From a virus, in the IMG/VR virus record IMGVR_UViG_3300029989_000005: 64,000 nt of DNA. One strand, written 5' to 3'. Below the pieces are notes generated by a model. That model saw nothing but the letters and a program-made list of their open reading frames with translations. It was not told where the DNA came from and searched no databases. Below are positions 39,901 through 47,605 of the stretch, one piece after another. Numbering within the stretch: position 1 is the stretch's first letter; each line of letters starts with the position of its first letter. Made by a program: the position numbers and the translations under genes.

Positions 39901-40381
39901 TAACAATCTTTCTTACTACAGCCGACTTTACATTTTTATCAAAATATGGCTTAAGACTTATGGGTATAAATGCTTTAGGTGTTACCAAATTTTGGTAAAC
40001 ATCATATTGTTCAACATCAAAAGCATTTATTACGGTTGCTGCATTTATTACGACTGTCTTGGGTTCTTTAGGTGTATTTTGTGCAAGTATTATCCTTCTT
40101 GTACCATCAGGTAAAATTATGGATGATTCTAAAATACCTATACCCGATAAATTATCGAAGTTTTTTTCTACTCTAGCAACAGCCGATAAAAGGTATGCCA
40201 TGGATGGTATCTCATATATGCTTTCCGTTGAATCCTCGTTTGTATATGTCAATATAACCTTCTCATTTGATGTAAATAGCATTTCAGCATAAACTTTAAT
40301 GAGATTTAGTCCATTTGCATCACGTCTTATCAGTTCTTGAAGGTACTTATCCATACCGCCTTTAGTGAGATTTTTAGCCAT
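36947..40381 (-). CDS. Large probable virion (baseplate/tail) protein
   Basis: 1144 aa, beta-rich with coiled coils; late motif at 40402-40414. Confidence 0.6.
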   Translation of the reverse strand: MAKNLTKGGMDKYLQELIRRDANGLNLIKVYAEMLFTSNEKVILTYTNEDSTESIYEIPSMAYLLSAVARVEKNFDNLSGIGILESSIILPDGTRRIILAQNTPKEPKTVVINAATVINAFDVEQYDVYQNLVTPKAFIPISLKPYFDKNVKSAVVRKIVITETNETKLTYFSNYIKNNIYKYNDLKSVLDGQAIYYKEVDYNVDVTPKMLKYSGNFDVVSYRKSIISDNQALVVGTMLYKIDSTSYVENNTGIKQSLKIGDQVVVNDSSGNKSTIYKIAFIDYDTFEISVQRIEGLDAVKIGVGTLSILGLYDEDIKAKIPIDINEMFAPFIKIVTNESLVSSNWGESKFIVTNTLIKDKVSFSDYFNANISDIRNGIKYLAAVNHTSLDDYIAPNTPSLLVSNFTVGVINKHKQEQLESQIKEKYAEKEKIKTEIASVDVSITNLKGKLFVETYDISRSKIESQIDDAYTKRKNLTANYQSIVSDLLATINTNGTFSPKYAIRGFFDIPSDVYTDEVNKIGAQGIIKFECEYRYLTVNKTSTNAQPTSYIDKNGNKVSATSTDWNKLLDLPQRFKVFNKDTGKSEWKNVVESNADEMSINEVMIPITENETVEIRVRSISEVGYPIYAIVSDWAESVIVEFPSDLVKNNQSIIQELSSDNFLSTLFQELQSIGLYEHLKDSSSSADQKFNHAAENISMNYFTPENKKMSVEQVVASMKEDISSIKANYLTQIGDIDIYIEDSNGNLITTIENESSVQIQAPYYRDQVEQLTDRKGKIINDTYYLVIRNKTNYDSNILSFVPGYYNKFLPTVDYNGYIRNASEYNQYRKYFLSPIGYSYYKETDNDYIAFKNSNPNLELPEYASMQAYGQLLYQRYMDFSLSEPLYTADEYNFLKLSGGAGAEDFIWNGSWDVDALFSPNGGGNNTSFAVHKLHPALGGNADIQVQPTNYKNLRTAIDSNGDNIYSNQTLGDFIPRYLKYNGNFIYPMFYQTILASKKFGETNYYKQKQFSQKSDFSDNAALTQIVELPQKNGFAEWDKYLIGSDTCGAYLKIFPQLNRSLYVGSQMYNKGLTLNNSLIKIPILFQTRMTDFFGAGNDGSGNIGGIGSIGNVTYSKKIGIDIAQRSVEDLFSFDITFTKSYQK

Positions 40382-40469
40382 AACTATTTTATTATATTAT
40401 ATTTTGATTATTTAAATCTAGCCTAATTATAATAATGTATAATAATGATTTACTTAAAAATATTAAAAA

Positions 40470-41495
40470 ATGAATAACCTTGTAGATATATCGATTCTTT
40501 TGAAAGGATTCTGTAACATGTACGGCTCTGATGTAACATACCTTACGCAAAGAAGTGAAAGAGAGGAAATAATCGATAAAGCTTATATTACTCTTAATTC
40601 TATCTTAAGACGATATCAATCAGTAAGTAGATTGATATTTTGTATAGATGATGTTTTTACCAAAAGTTTCAGATATGGTTTGCCTTATGGTGACTTATAT
40701 AAGTCAAAAAGATACACAACACCGCCACGTTACAACCCCGAAGGCTACAAGGAAATGGTGCTGGAACTACGGCATAAATTAAATATGGCGAATATAAGTA
40801 ATATAGCCGTTTCAAATATGGAGGCTGATGATCTTGTTTATTGTTTAAGCAACCTACTTTATCAGTCAGGTGAATCCGTTATGATTATATCAGCAGATAA
40901 AGATTTAAAACAGCTTGTAAAGTACAACAATGATGCTTTTATAGCAATGTATAATTATCAAAAAGCGGATTCCGCATTTCATTTTATTTCACATGATTTT
41001 AAGATTGCTAATGAATCATCCATGGAATCATTTTTCAATAATTCACCGTCATCTATGAATAAGAATATTATTCTTGAAAGACATGAAAAAATAGTAGCTG
41101 AGGAAATACTGTTTATAAAAATTGTATCAGGTGATACATCAGATTGTATTCCAAGTCCTTTTAGATATCCAAAAGGAAGCCAAACTGTTAACTATACCGA
41201 AAAACGTGCACAAGACTTATATGATGATAAATATTCTGAGGCATTTTTATTAGGTGGTGATATTGAAACAATTTTTGGTGATAAACAAATTTTAGGAGAA
41301 TTAGCCAAGAATATACTTGAAAGCGTAAAACAAGAAGTTACACAAGAGAAAATATTAGAGCTTGTCAAAAATCTAAGAATTAACAAGAAATATATTCGTT
41401 TGCATTACAGTGAATATCCTAATAATCTCTATGATATAATGGAAAAAGAATGTATTTCAGAACTCAATAAAGAAAAATCTACAATATTACAATAA
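40470..41495 (+). CDS. 5'-3' exonuclease / RNase H (T4 rnh-like)
   Basis: YKSKR, EADD, ISADKDLKQL and GDTSDCIP motifs. Confidence 0.9.
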   Translation: MNNLVDISILLKGFCNMYGSDVTYLTQRSEREEIIDKAYITLNSILRRYQSVSRLIFCIDDVFTKSFRYGLPYGDLYKSKRYTTPPRYNPEGYKEMVLELRHKLNMANISNIAVSNMEADDLVYCLSNLLYQSGESVMIISADKDLKQLVKYNNDAFIAMYNYQKADSAFHFISHDFKIANESSMESFFNNSPSSMNKNIILERHEKIVAEEILFIKIVSGDTSDCIPSPFRYPKGSQTVNYTEKRAQDLYDDKYSEAFLLGGDIETIFGDKQILGELAKNILESVKQEVTQEKILELVKNLRINKKYIRLHYSEYPNNLYDIMEKECISELNKEKSTILQ

Positions 41496-41497
41496 TT

Positions 41498-41923
41498 ATG
41501 GCTCAAAATTTAAAGGATTTTACAGATAACTTATTCAACAAGGATTATTACAAAAATGTTACAGACGTTGATAAGAGGTCTAATTTCTTTATGGTATCAA
41601 GGCAAATGTCTTGTAAATATCCTGTTGAAGCATGTAAGTTATCATCTATACATGTTCACAAAGAAAGTGTAATGGATTATTGGCATGAACTTATGATGAA
41701 AGAGTGTGGTGGTAGAAAACCATCTTGGTTATGGGTTTATCCAAATGCAGGTATCGACAACAATAAACTAGACAAAAAGCTTGTTGACAAATACAAAAAA
41801 ATAGATAAGGACATTATAATTGCTTATTGTCAGAAACATGAAATTGGTAATATTGAATTGGAACTTTTGAAAATAAATGATTTTGAAAATCTTATTGATA
41901 ACATTTCAAGATCAGCATTATAA
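41498..41923 (+). CDS. Probable clamp loader small subunit (T4 gp62-like)
   Basis: FFMVSRQMS...KPSWLW...IIAY pattern and size; a gp44-like gene is present in the window. Confidence 0.5.
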   Translation: MAQNLKDFTDNLFNKDYYKNVTDVDKRSNFFMVSRQMSCKYPVEACKLSSIHVHKESVMDYWHELMMKECGGRKPSWLWVYPNAGIDNNKLDKKLVDKYKKIDKDIIIAYCQKHEIGNIELELLKINDFENLIDNISRSAL

Positions 41924-41956
41924 AATACAATACACAATATTAAAAAATAGAATATT

Positions 41957-42430
41957 ATGAAAAAATTAGCAGAAAGATTAAGGGAAACCGCTGAATTAAT
42001 AGCAGCTGAATTGGATAATAAACAAAAATTGACTACTTTAAGCAAAGAAAGATTAGAACAGCAGAGAATTGATTTAATAATCCAAAAAACATATGATTAT
42101 TTTAAAAATAATTGGCTTGAAAAAGCTGAAGAAGCAGCTTTGAATGGCGAAACTAATTTTTATGTCATATTAAATAGTAGAGGAAGAAATGAGTCAATTG
42201 AAGAATACGACATGACATCCGATTGTTACAATGTGACGGGAGTATATCTTAGTGAATTGTATGATATAATAATGAATAAGAAAGGAAAGGATTACTTTGA
42301 AACATTATGTAAAGAAATTGAATCACAAGGTTTTACAGATGTACAAATAAAATGTAAGAGTTGGAACGGTACTACATTTTCATGTGAAAGTTACACAGCA
42401 TATATCATACATTTAAGTGCTAAATTTTAA
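41957..42430 (+). CDS. Hypothetical protein
   Basis: 157-aa ORF. Confidence 0.65.
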   Translation: MKKLAERLRETAELIAAELDNKQKLTTLSKERLEQQRIDLIIQKTYDYFKNNWLEKAEEAALNGETNFYVILNSRGRNESIEEYDMTSDCYNVTGVYLSELYDIIMNKKGKDYFETLCKEIESQGFTDVQIKCKSWNGTTFSCESYTAYIIHLSAKF

Positions 42431-42460
42431 GTTAATCATAATATTAGAAAATAAAATATT

Positions 42461-42838
42461 ATGGATACGATTTTTGAACTTATCAAACCCAATCCAATAC
42501 CTGAATTTATTATTTGTGCTGCAAATTATTATTATGATGGTAATAAACATAATCATATGCCCAAAAATATTGAGGTAGGTTTTGTGATTTGTGGGAGAAG
42601 GCATCATAACTGCATTGCAACATTTGCTCAGTTTATGGGATTTTTTGAAGACAACAAATATAAAGGTGAGGCTATAAAAACTCGTAAAACAGAGGTACAA
42701 GGATTCCTTACAAGCACTGATAGATTTGTTGACCGTAAAGAGGCTTATAAAATAGCATTTGAAGCAAACCAAATTATCGGTCCAAACAAAGGATGCCCTG
42801 AAAATTCAATAGGTCTGACTAGCGAGGACTTGTACTAA
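42461..42838 (+). CDS. Hypothetical phage protein
   Basis: ICAA...GRRHHNC...QGFLTS..RFVDRKEA...SEDLY. Confidence 0.7.
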   Translation: MDTIFELIKPNPIPEFIICAANYYYDGNKHNHMPKNIEVGFVICGRRHHNCIATFAQFMGFFEDNKYKGEAIKTRKTEVQGFLTSTDRFVDRKEAYKIAFEANQIIGPNKGCPENSIGLTSEDLY

Positions 42839-42855
42839 TTTAAAACTTATAAATT

Positions 42856-43533
42856 ATGGAAAAAGATAATATCAAATTTATTGATGGTAAACCATACTTG
42901 ATAACCAAGGCATCCGTATTACCTACAACCGAGGACAACAAAGATAGATTACAAATTTACCGTAATTCAGAAAATAAAAAATTTGTCATAGGATTTATGA
43001 ATGCAAGAAGTACGAAAGATGCACCGCACAGCGTTTATATTACATCCAATGAAAAAATATGTGGTGGTGATAAAGTGCTGCTACACAACAATTGGGTTGT
43101 TGAAGCTGTAGATTTCATAGGTAATATAGGATATAAAGTTTCAAATCGTACTGCTTTTCTAACATTCCAACAAAATGATAGAAAGATTATTACAATTAAG
43201 CCATCGCTTGAATTTATCAAAAAATTAATCTTCTCAGAAATAGAACCATTAAATATTGATGTACTTACAGAACTTACAGGTGGAGGTAAAGAGGAGGTTT
43301 TGCTTCCAACTTGGGATGATGATATAAAAGTAACTTATAACGATATACCATATAAATTGAAGCAAGTTTCAGGTGGCTTCCATGTTATTCATACGTTAAA
43401 AAACAATTGGAATAAAAATGAATTATATGAATTATTTGAAAAAGCCAAGCATGATACGTTACGTATGGATGGATTGTATGATAAGCTTCCTAATGGATGG
43501 GTTGAAAACATACTTTATCAGATAGACAAATAA
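42856..43533 (+). CDS. Hypothetical protein, paralog family member 1
   Basis: Shares IDGK.Y, H.(L/V)Y, KII and PS..FIK blocks with 43538 and 45021. Confidence 0.7.
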   Translation: MEKDNIKFIDGKPYLITKASVLPTTEDNKDRLQIYRNSENKKFVIGFMNARSTKDAPHSVYITSNEKICGGDKVLLHNNWVVEAVDFIGNIGYKVSNRTAFLTFQQNDRKIITIKPSLEFIKKLIFSEIEPLNIDVLTELTGGGKEEVLLPTWDDDIKVTYNDIPYKLKQVSGGFHVIHTLKNNWNKNELYELFEKAKHDTLRMDGLYDKLPNGWVENILYQIDK

Positions 43534-43537
43534 AACT

Positions 43538-44242
43538 ATGGATATAGACAAAACACAAATAATTAATGTTGCGGGCAGACATTTTACTTTGGCAAAGGTT
43601 ATAATGCTAGATAGTAATCATGAACCAACTTTAAAAGGTGGTGAACTATGGGTTAATTATGATAGCAAATTGAAGCTTTCAAGACCTAATTCTATATGTC
43701 CTATACAATCTTTCAAACATCTTTACATTTATATTAAATGTAAAATAAAAGAAGGTGATTGGTGCTATGATTCCGAATTTAATATAATATTTCAAAAAAA
43801 TAAGTTTGCTTATAAATTCAATGATAAGTATCAATTTAAAATAATTGCCACAACCGATGATATATTAACCGTTACTACTGTTAATATATGGAATAATGGC
43901 GAGAAATCAGCATTACCTCAATCAGCATTACCTCAACCATCAGGGCTATTTATTAAACAATATATTGAATCGTATGGTACAGGTGCTACAATCACTGACG
44001 TTTTGGTAGAATGTGAAACTCAATATCCAAGTTATAAAGATTCATTACATGAAACTAATGGTATAGAGGTTATTAAGGTAAATCCTAGCAACAAGGTAAA
44101 TCCTAGCAATATAATTAATATAATAGTACAGAAAGATCATTATACTAAATCTGAACTAATAGATTTTGTCATGTGGTATTCAGGAATGGATAAAGACAAA
44201 GTTATAAGGCAAATTAATAGATATGAATCTGGATTAAGGTAA
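43538..44242 (+). CDS. Hypothetical protein, paralog family member 2
   Basis: HLYI...IKEGDWC...KIIATT...LPQPS..FIK...DVLVEC. Confidence 0.7.
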   Translation: MDIDKTQIINVAGRHFTLAKVIMLDSNHEPTLKGGELWVNYDSKLKLSRPNSICPIQSFKHLYIYIKCKIKEGDWCYDSEFNIIFQKNKFAYKFNDKYQFKIIATTDDILTVTTVNIWNNGEKSALPQSALPQPSGLFIKQYIESYGTGATITDVLVECETQYPSYKDSLHETNGIEVIKVNPSNKVNPSNIINIIVQKDHYTKSELIDFVMWYSGMDKDKVIRQINRYESGLR

Positions 44243-44251
44243 TATTAAATT

Positions 44252-44470
44252 ATGGAAGAAGATAATGTATACTTAGGTGATGGGGTTTATGCCTCATTTG
44301 ATGGGTTTCAAATTTGGTTGGCTGTTGGTGACCACACGAATAATATAGTAGCATTAGAACCTGCAGTTATGAAAGAGCTAATTAAATATAAAGAATCTAT
44401 TGATAAAAAGCTTGAAGATAAATACAAAAATGATACTATGAACTTAATTGATAAATCTGAACTAATATAA
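44252..44470 (+). CDS. Hypothetical phage protein
   Basis: YLGDGVYASFDG..IWL...ALEP. Confidence 0.7.
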   Translation: MEEDNVYLGDGVYASFDGFQIWLAVGDHTNNIVALEPAVMKELIKYKESIDKKLEDKYKNDTMNLIDKSELI

Positions 44471-44478
44471 TTAAAACT

Positions 44479-45012
44479 ATGGACAAAAAACAATTCTTGG
44501 GGGTAAATTTGTTATCTGATCTGAAATTCATTGATACTTTTAGAAATACGGTTCATTTGTTAACAGGTGTACAAACCGATATTAACAGTTCAATTTATTG
44601 TGGTGGTATCTATTCACACGGTGTATATATGTCGTGGGAAAATTGCACCCCAATTTTGCACCATATTTCTGATTTGTATAAATCAATTACGCATAACGGT
44701 GAAACGTTTATACCAATAGTTGAACTTGCAAGGTTAGCATATTCTAAATTAAATTGGAATTGTGGAATTGAGGAAGATATTAATGGTATAAAGTGTTTTT
44801 TGTACTCAAAAAGCGGCAAAAAGGAATATAGATTTCTTTATTGTGAAAGTGAGCAGTCATTTTCTACTGTTTCTATTCCACAGAATGAAACCAAATACGT
44901 TCCGTATCAGTTACAGCTATTTCAAAAATTAATAAGTTGGCATTTTAATTTAATGTATGAATCAGAACCTTTTATTGATGTTAATTCACTTCCCGAAAAT
45001 CCTTACAAATAA
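44479..45012 (+). CDS. Hypothetical phage protein
   Basis: 177 aa; PIL..ISDL.K.I.HNGE.FIP...NPYK. Confidence 0.7.
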   Translation: MDKKQFLGVNLLSDLKFIDTFRNTVHLLTGVQTDINSSIYCGGIYSHGVYMSWENCTPILHHISDLYKSITHNGETFIPIVELARLAYSKLNWNCGIEEDINGIKCFLYSKSGKKEYRFLYCESEQSFSTVSIPQNETKYVPYQLQLFQKLISWHFNLMYESEPFIDVNSLPENPYK

Positions 45013-45020
45013 TTAAAATT

Positions 45021-45929
45021 ATGAAGATAGATAAAAGTCAAGTTATTGCAATGGATGGTAAATATTACGTTAAGTCTAATATAATATTAGCTAGTTCTAC
45101 ATCTTTACAGAGGGGTGATATAGTAATTGAGAACGGAAAATTGAGAATTGCTGAATCTTTATCAAAAGATTTACTAAACACAAAAGCTAAACCACATCAT
45201 CTTTACTTCATTGTTGATGAATTAATTGAAGAGGGTACTGATTGTTGGGCACTCAATCCAAACACGAAATACTTGAAAGAACACTTGAAATATTATACTA
45301 CTGATTCTAAAGGTATAAAGTATGCTAATGGTTATAGATTGGCTGATTGGAAGAAAATTATTGCATCTACCAACGAACTATTGGATTGGGATACTATTTC
45401 TACCAAGAGCCTATTACCAAGACCATCTGAACAATTTATAAGACGATTTATAAAGTCATGTAATATCATAGGTGTTGCTAACATAGATTCATCAAATTAT
45501 GTAAATGCTTTAGTTGAATGTACTTTTGAATTATCAAATAATGAAAATGAAGCAGGTAATTTAATTCCTGAGTTTTACCTAAAACTTGATGCCAACGGGT
45601 ATATTATTGTAAAGATACAATTGGACACGCAAGAGCAAACATATAAGCCAAATATTGATATAATCAAAATGGCTATTTCTAAAGGTTGTGAATGTAGCAA
45701 TAATGGTAGATATTTGCAAGATATTCAGGCATGGTTAAGGGATGAACATGATATACATGTTCAACCTATTATTCATTCATGGTCTAACAGAACTTACCAA
45801 TTTAGAATTCACAGTGATTTGATCTATGTTAATTCTATGAATTATAAGAATACGCCAATAATCGGTACACATGATTACGCTTTAGAAATGGGGCTTATTA
45901 TTGCCATGGAAAGTGTTCCTACATTATAA
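45021..45929 (+). CDS. Hypothetical protein, paralog family member 3, with an extra C-terminal domain
   Basis: HLYF...KIIAST...LPRPS..FI...LVEC plus QAWLRDEHDIHV. Confidence 0.7.
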   Translation: MKIDKSQVIAMDGKYYVKSNIILASSTSLQRGDIVIENGKLRIAESLSKDLLNTKAKPHHLYFIVDELIEEGTDCWALNPNTKYLKEHLKYYTTDSKGIKYANGYRLADWKKIIASTNELLDWDTISTKSLLPRPSEQFIRRFIKSCNIIGVANIDSSNYVNALVECTFELSNNENEAGNLIPEFYLKLDANGYIIVKIQLDTQEQTYKPNIDIIKMAISKGCECSNNGRYLQDIQAWLRDEHDIHVQPIIHSWSNRTYQFRIHSDLIYVNSMNYKNTPIIGTHDYALEMGLIIAMESVPTL

Positions 45930-45957
45930 AATTATAAACATTAAAAATTATTCTATT

Positions 45958-46074
45958 ATGAAAAAATTAGTCTTTTTACTTTTTATTATTTGCATCTCTT
46001 TTTCCTCGTGTTCAGACAACGGATTGTATCGGGTTCAGCAGAAAATAAATACCCCGCATTACAAACACATGTAG
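45958..46074 (+). CDS. 38-aa lipoprotein-like peptide (possibly truncated)
   Basis: MKKLVFLLFIICISFSSCSDN... is a signal peptide with lipobox FSSC. Confidence 0.5.
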   Translation: MKKLVFLLFIICISFSSCSDNGLYRVQQKINTPHYKHM

Positions 46075-46078
46075 TAAA

Positions 46079-46190
46079 TTAAACACGTGTAGAATGGATT
46101 GGGCAACTGCAAGTACCACGAATAATCAGTATAGTGATTTAATATGATAGGGTATTGTGCAAGTATTAGGTATCCAATACACGTGTTTAA
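46079..46190. ncRNA. Candidate structured RNA or inverted-repeat element upstream of thyX
   Basis: 13-bp closing stem ttaaacacgtgta/tacacgtgtttaa plus three nested stems. Confidence 0.45.
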
Positions 46191-46240
46191 AAACAGACTT
46201 TATTAACTAAATTATTAACAATTGAAACAATTTAAACAAA

Positions 46241-47137
46241 ATGAAATTAATTAAGCCATCTTTTGAAATTATTGGTCAACAGTCGGGTGAAATTGGAATG
46301 CTAAAGCACATAGAAACCTGTGGTAGAGTTGCTTGGAAATCAGAGGATAAAATTACCGATGATTCCCATATCAAGTTTCTTGAAATGCTTAAGGGTGTTA
46401 ATCATGGTTCTGTACTAGAGCACGGTACTATTTATCTCACGGTTAAATGGTACTCATTACTTATTATTTTATTTTTCTTCCTTAACAAATATTCCAAGGT
46501 GAAAAATTGGAAATATATTACAACTAATTACAGGGTAATAACTGACAATAATAAAGTTAATACCATGAAGAAATACATGAGTAAACCTACAAAATTTCAT
46601 GAAAAGAGATATACAGTAAGATTTATTTGTGATAGGGGTGTTTCACATGAATTTGTAAGGCATCGGGTATTCTCGTTTACTCAGGAGTCTACACGTTTTT
46701 GTAATTACATCAAAGAAAAATTTGGTAATTGTATAACTTTTATTTATCCTGTTTGGTTACAAGGTAAAGAAGAAATTGTACAGGGTTTGGTCGATATGGC
46801 AAATATAAACAATAAAGATGTTTATGAACTTGGTCATGATGAATCCATGCCTTTAGAAAAAAGAGGACTTTGTAGTTTCGTTTATGATATGTCAAATTCC
46901 GAACACGGATATAATTTTCAGATTGCTGCAGGATGGAAACCACAACAGGCACGTGCCGTACTTCCAAACTCTCTGAAAACTGAACTTATTATGACAGGTT
47001 TCATGACAGATTGGAGGCACTTCTTTAAATTAAGATGTGCACCCGCAGCCCATCCACAGGCTAGAGAACTTGCTATACCTTTGCTTGGTAGATTCCAATG
47101 TTACACAAATAGCTTTAATAATATAACATTAGATTAA
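46241..47137 (+). CDS. thyX: FAD-dependent thymidylate synthase
   Basis: HGSVLEH, HEFVRHRVFSFTQESTR, ARAVLP and WRHFFKLR motifs. Confidence 0.95.
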   Translation: MKLIKPSFEIIGQQSGEIGMLKHIETCGRVAWKSEDKITDDSHIKFLEMLKGVNHGSVLEHGTIYLTVKWYSLLIILFFFLNKYSKVKNWKYITTNYRVITDNNKVNTMKKYMSKPTKFHEKRYTVRFICDRGVSHEFVRHRVFSFTQESTRFCNYIKEKFGNCITFIYPVWLQGKEEIVQGLVDMANINNKDVYELGHDESMPLEKRGLCSFVYDMSNSEHGYNFQIAAGWKPQQARAVLPNSLKTELIMTGFMTDWRHFFKLRCAPAAHPQARELAIPLLGRFQCYTNSFNNITLD

Positions 47138-47148
47138 ATAAGTAATAA

Positions 47149-47502
47149 ATGGAAAGGGGTGCTACTAGATTAGTATTAAAAATTGGGGAATTTGTTATCA
47201 AATTCCCCAATTTCACATATAGCCATCTAAATTTTCTAAATGGCTGCCATGCCAATTGGTCTGAAAGAAATTTTTGTAAAGTGTTCAAGAATTATGATAA
47301 TGGTAGACTGTATAATAAAGTTGCACCATCATTATTTTGCTCAATTTTTGGACTAATTCAGGTTCAAAAATATTGCAAACCTCTTGGTAGAGAATTGACT
47401 GATAATGAAGTTGAATATTTTAAAAATGTACAGGACTTTGATTTAAAATCGACAAATTTTGGAATATACAAAGGTAGAGTTGTGTGTTTGGATTATCCAT
47501 GA
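47149..47502 (+). CDS. Small protein-kinase-like protein
   Basis: GATR.V...VIKFP...N..E...DLKSTNFG...V.LDY. Confidence 0.55.
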   Translation: MERGATRLVLKIGEFVIKFPNFTYSHLNFLNGCHANWSERNFCKVFKNYDNGRLYNKVAPSLFCSIFGLIQVQKYCKPLGRELTDNEVEYFKNVQDFDLKSTNFGIYKGRVVCLDYP

Positions 47503-47539
47503 AAGTATAAATAATTTTAAACAACACAGATTTTAAACA

Positions 47540-47577
47540 AAGCCTGACAGTATTATTTACAATTGTCAGGTTTTTTT
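47540..47577 (+). terminator. Rho-independent terminator
   Basis: gcctgacagt / attgtcaggt followed by a T-tract. Confidence 0.7.
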
Positions 47578-47605
47578 GTATTTTGTAAATAATAAAAATT
47601 TGAAA

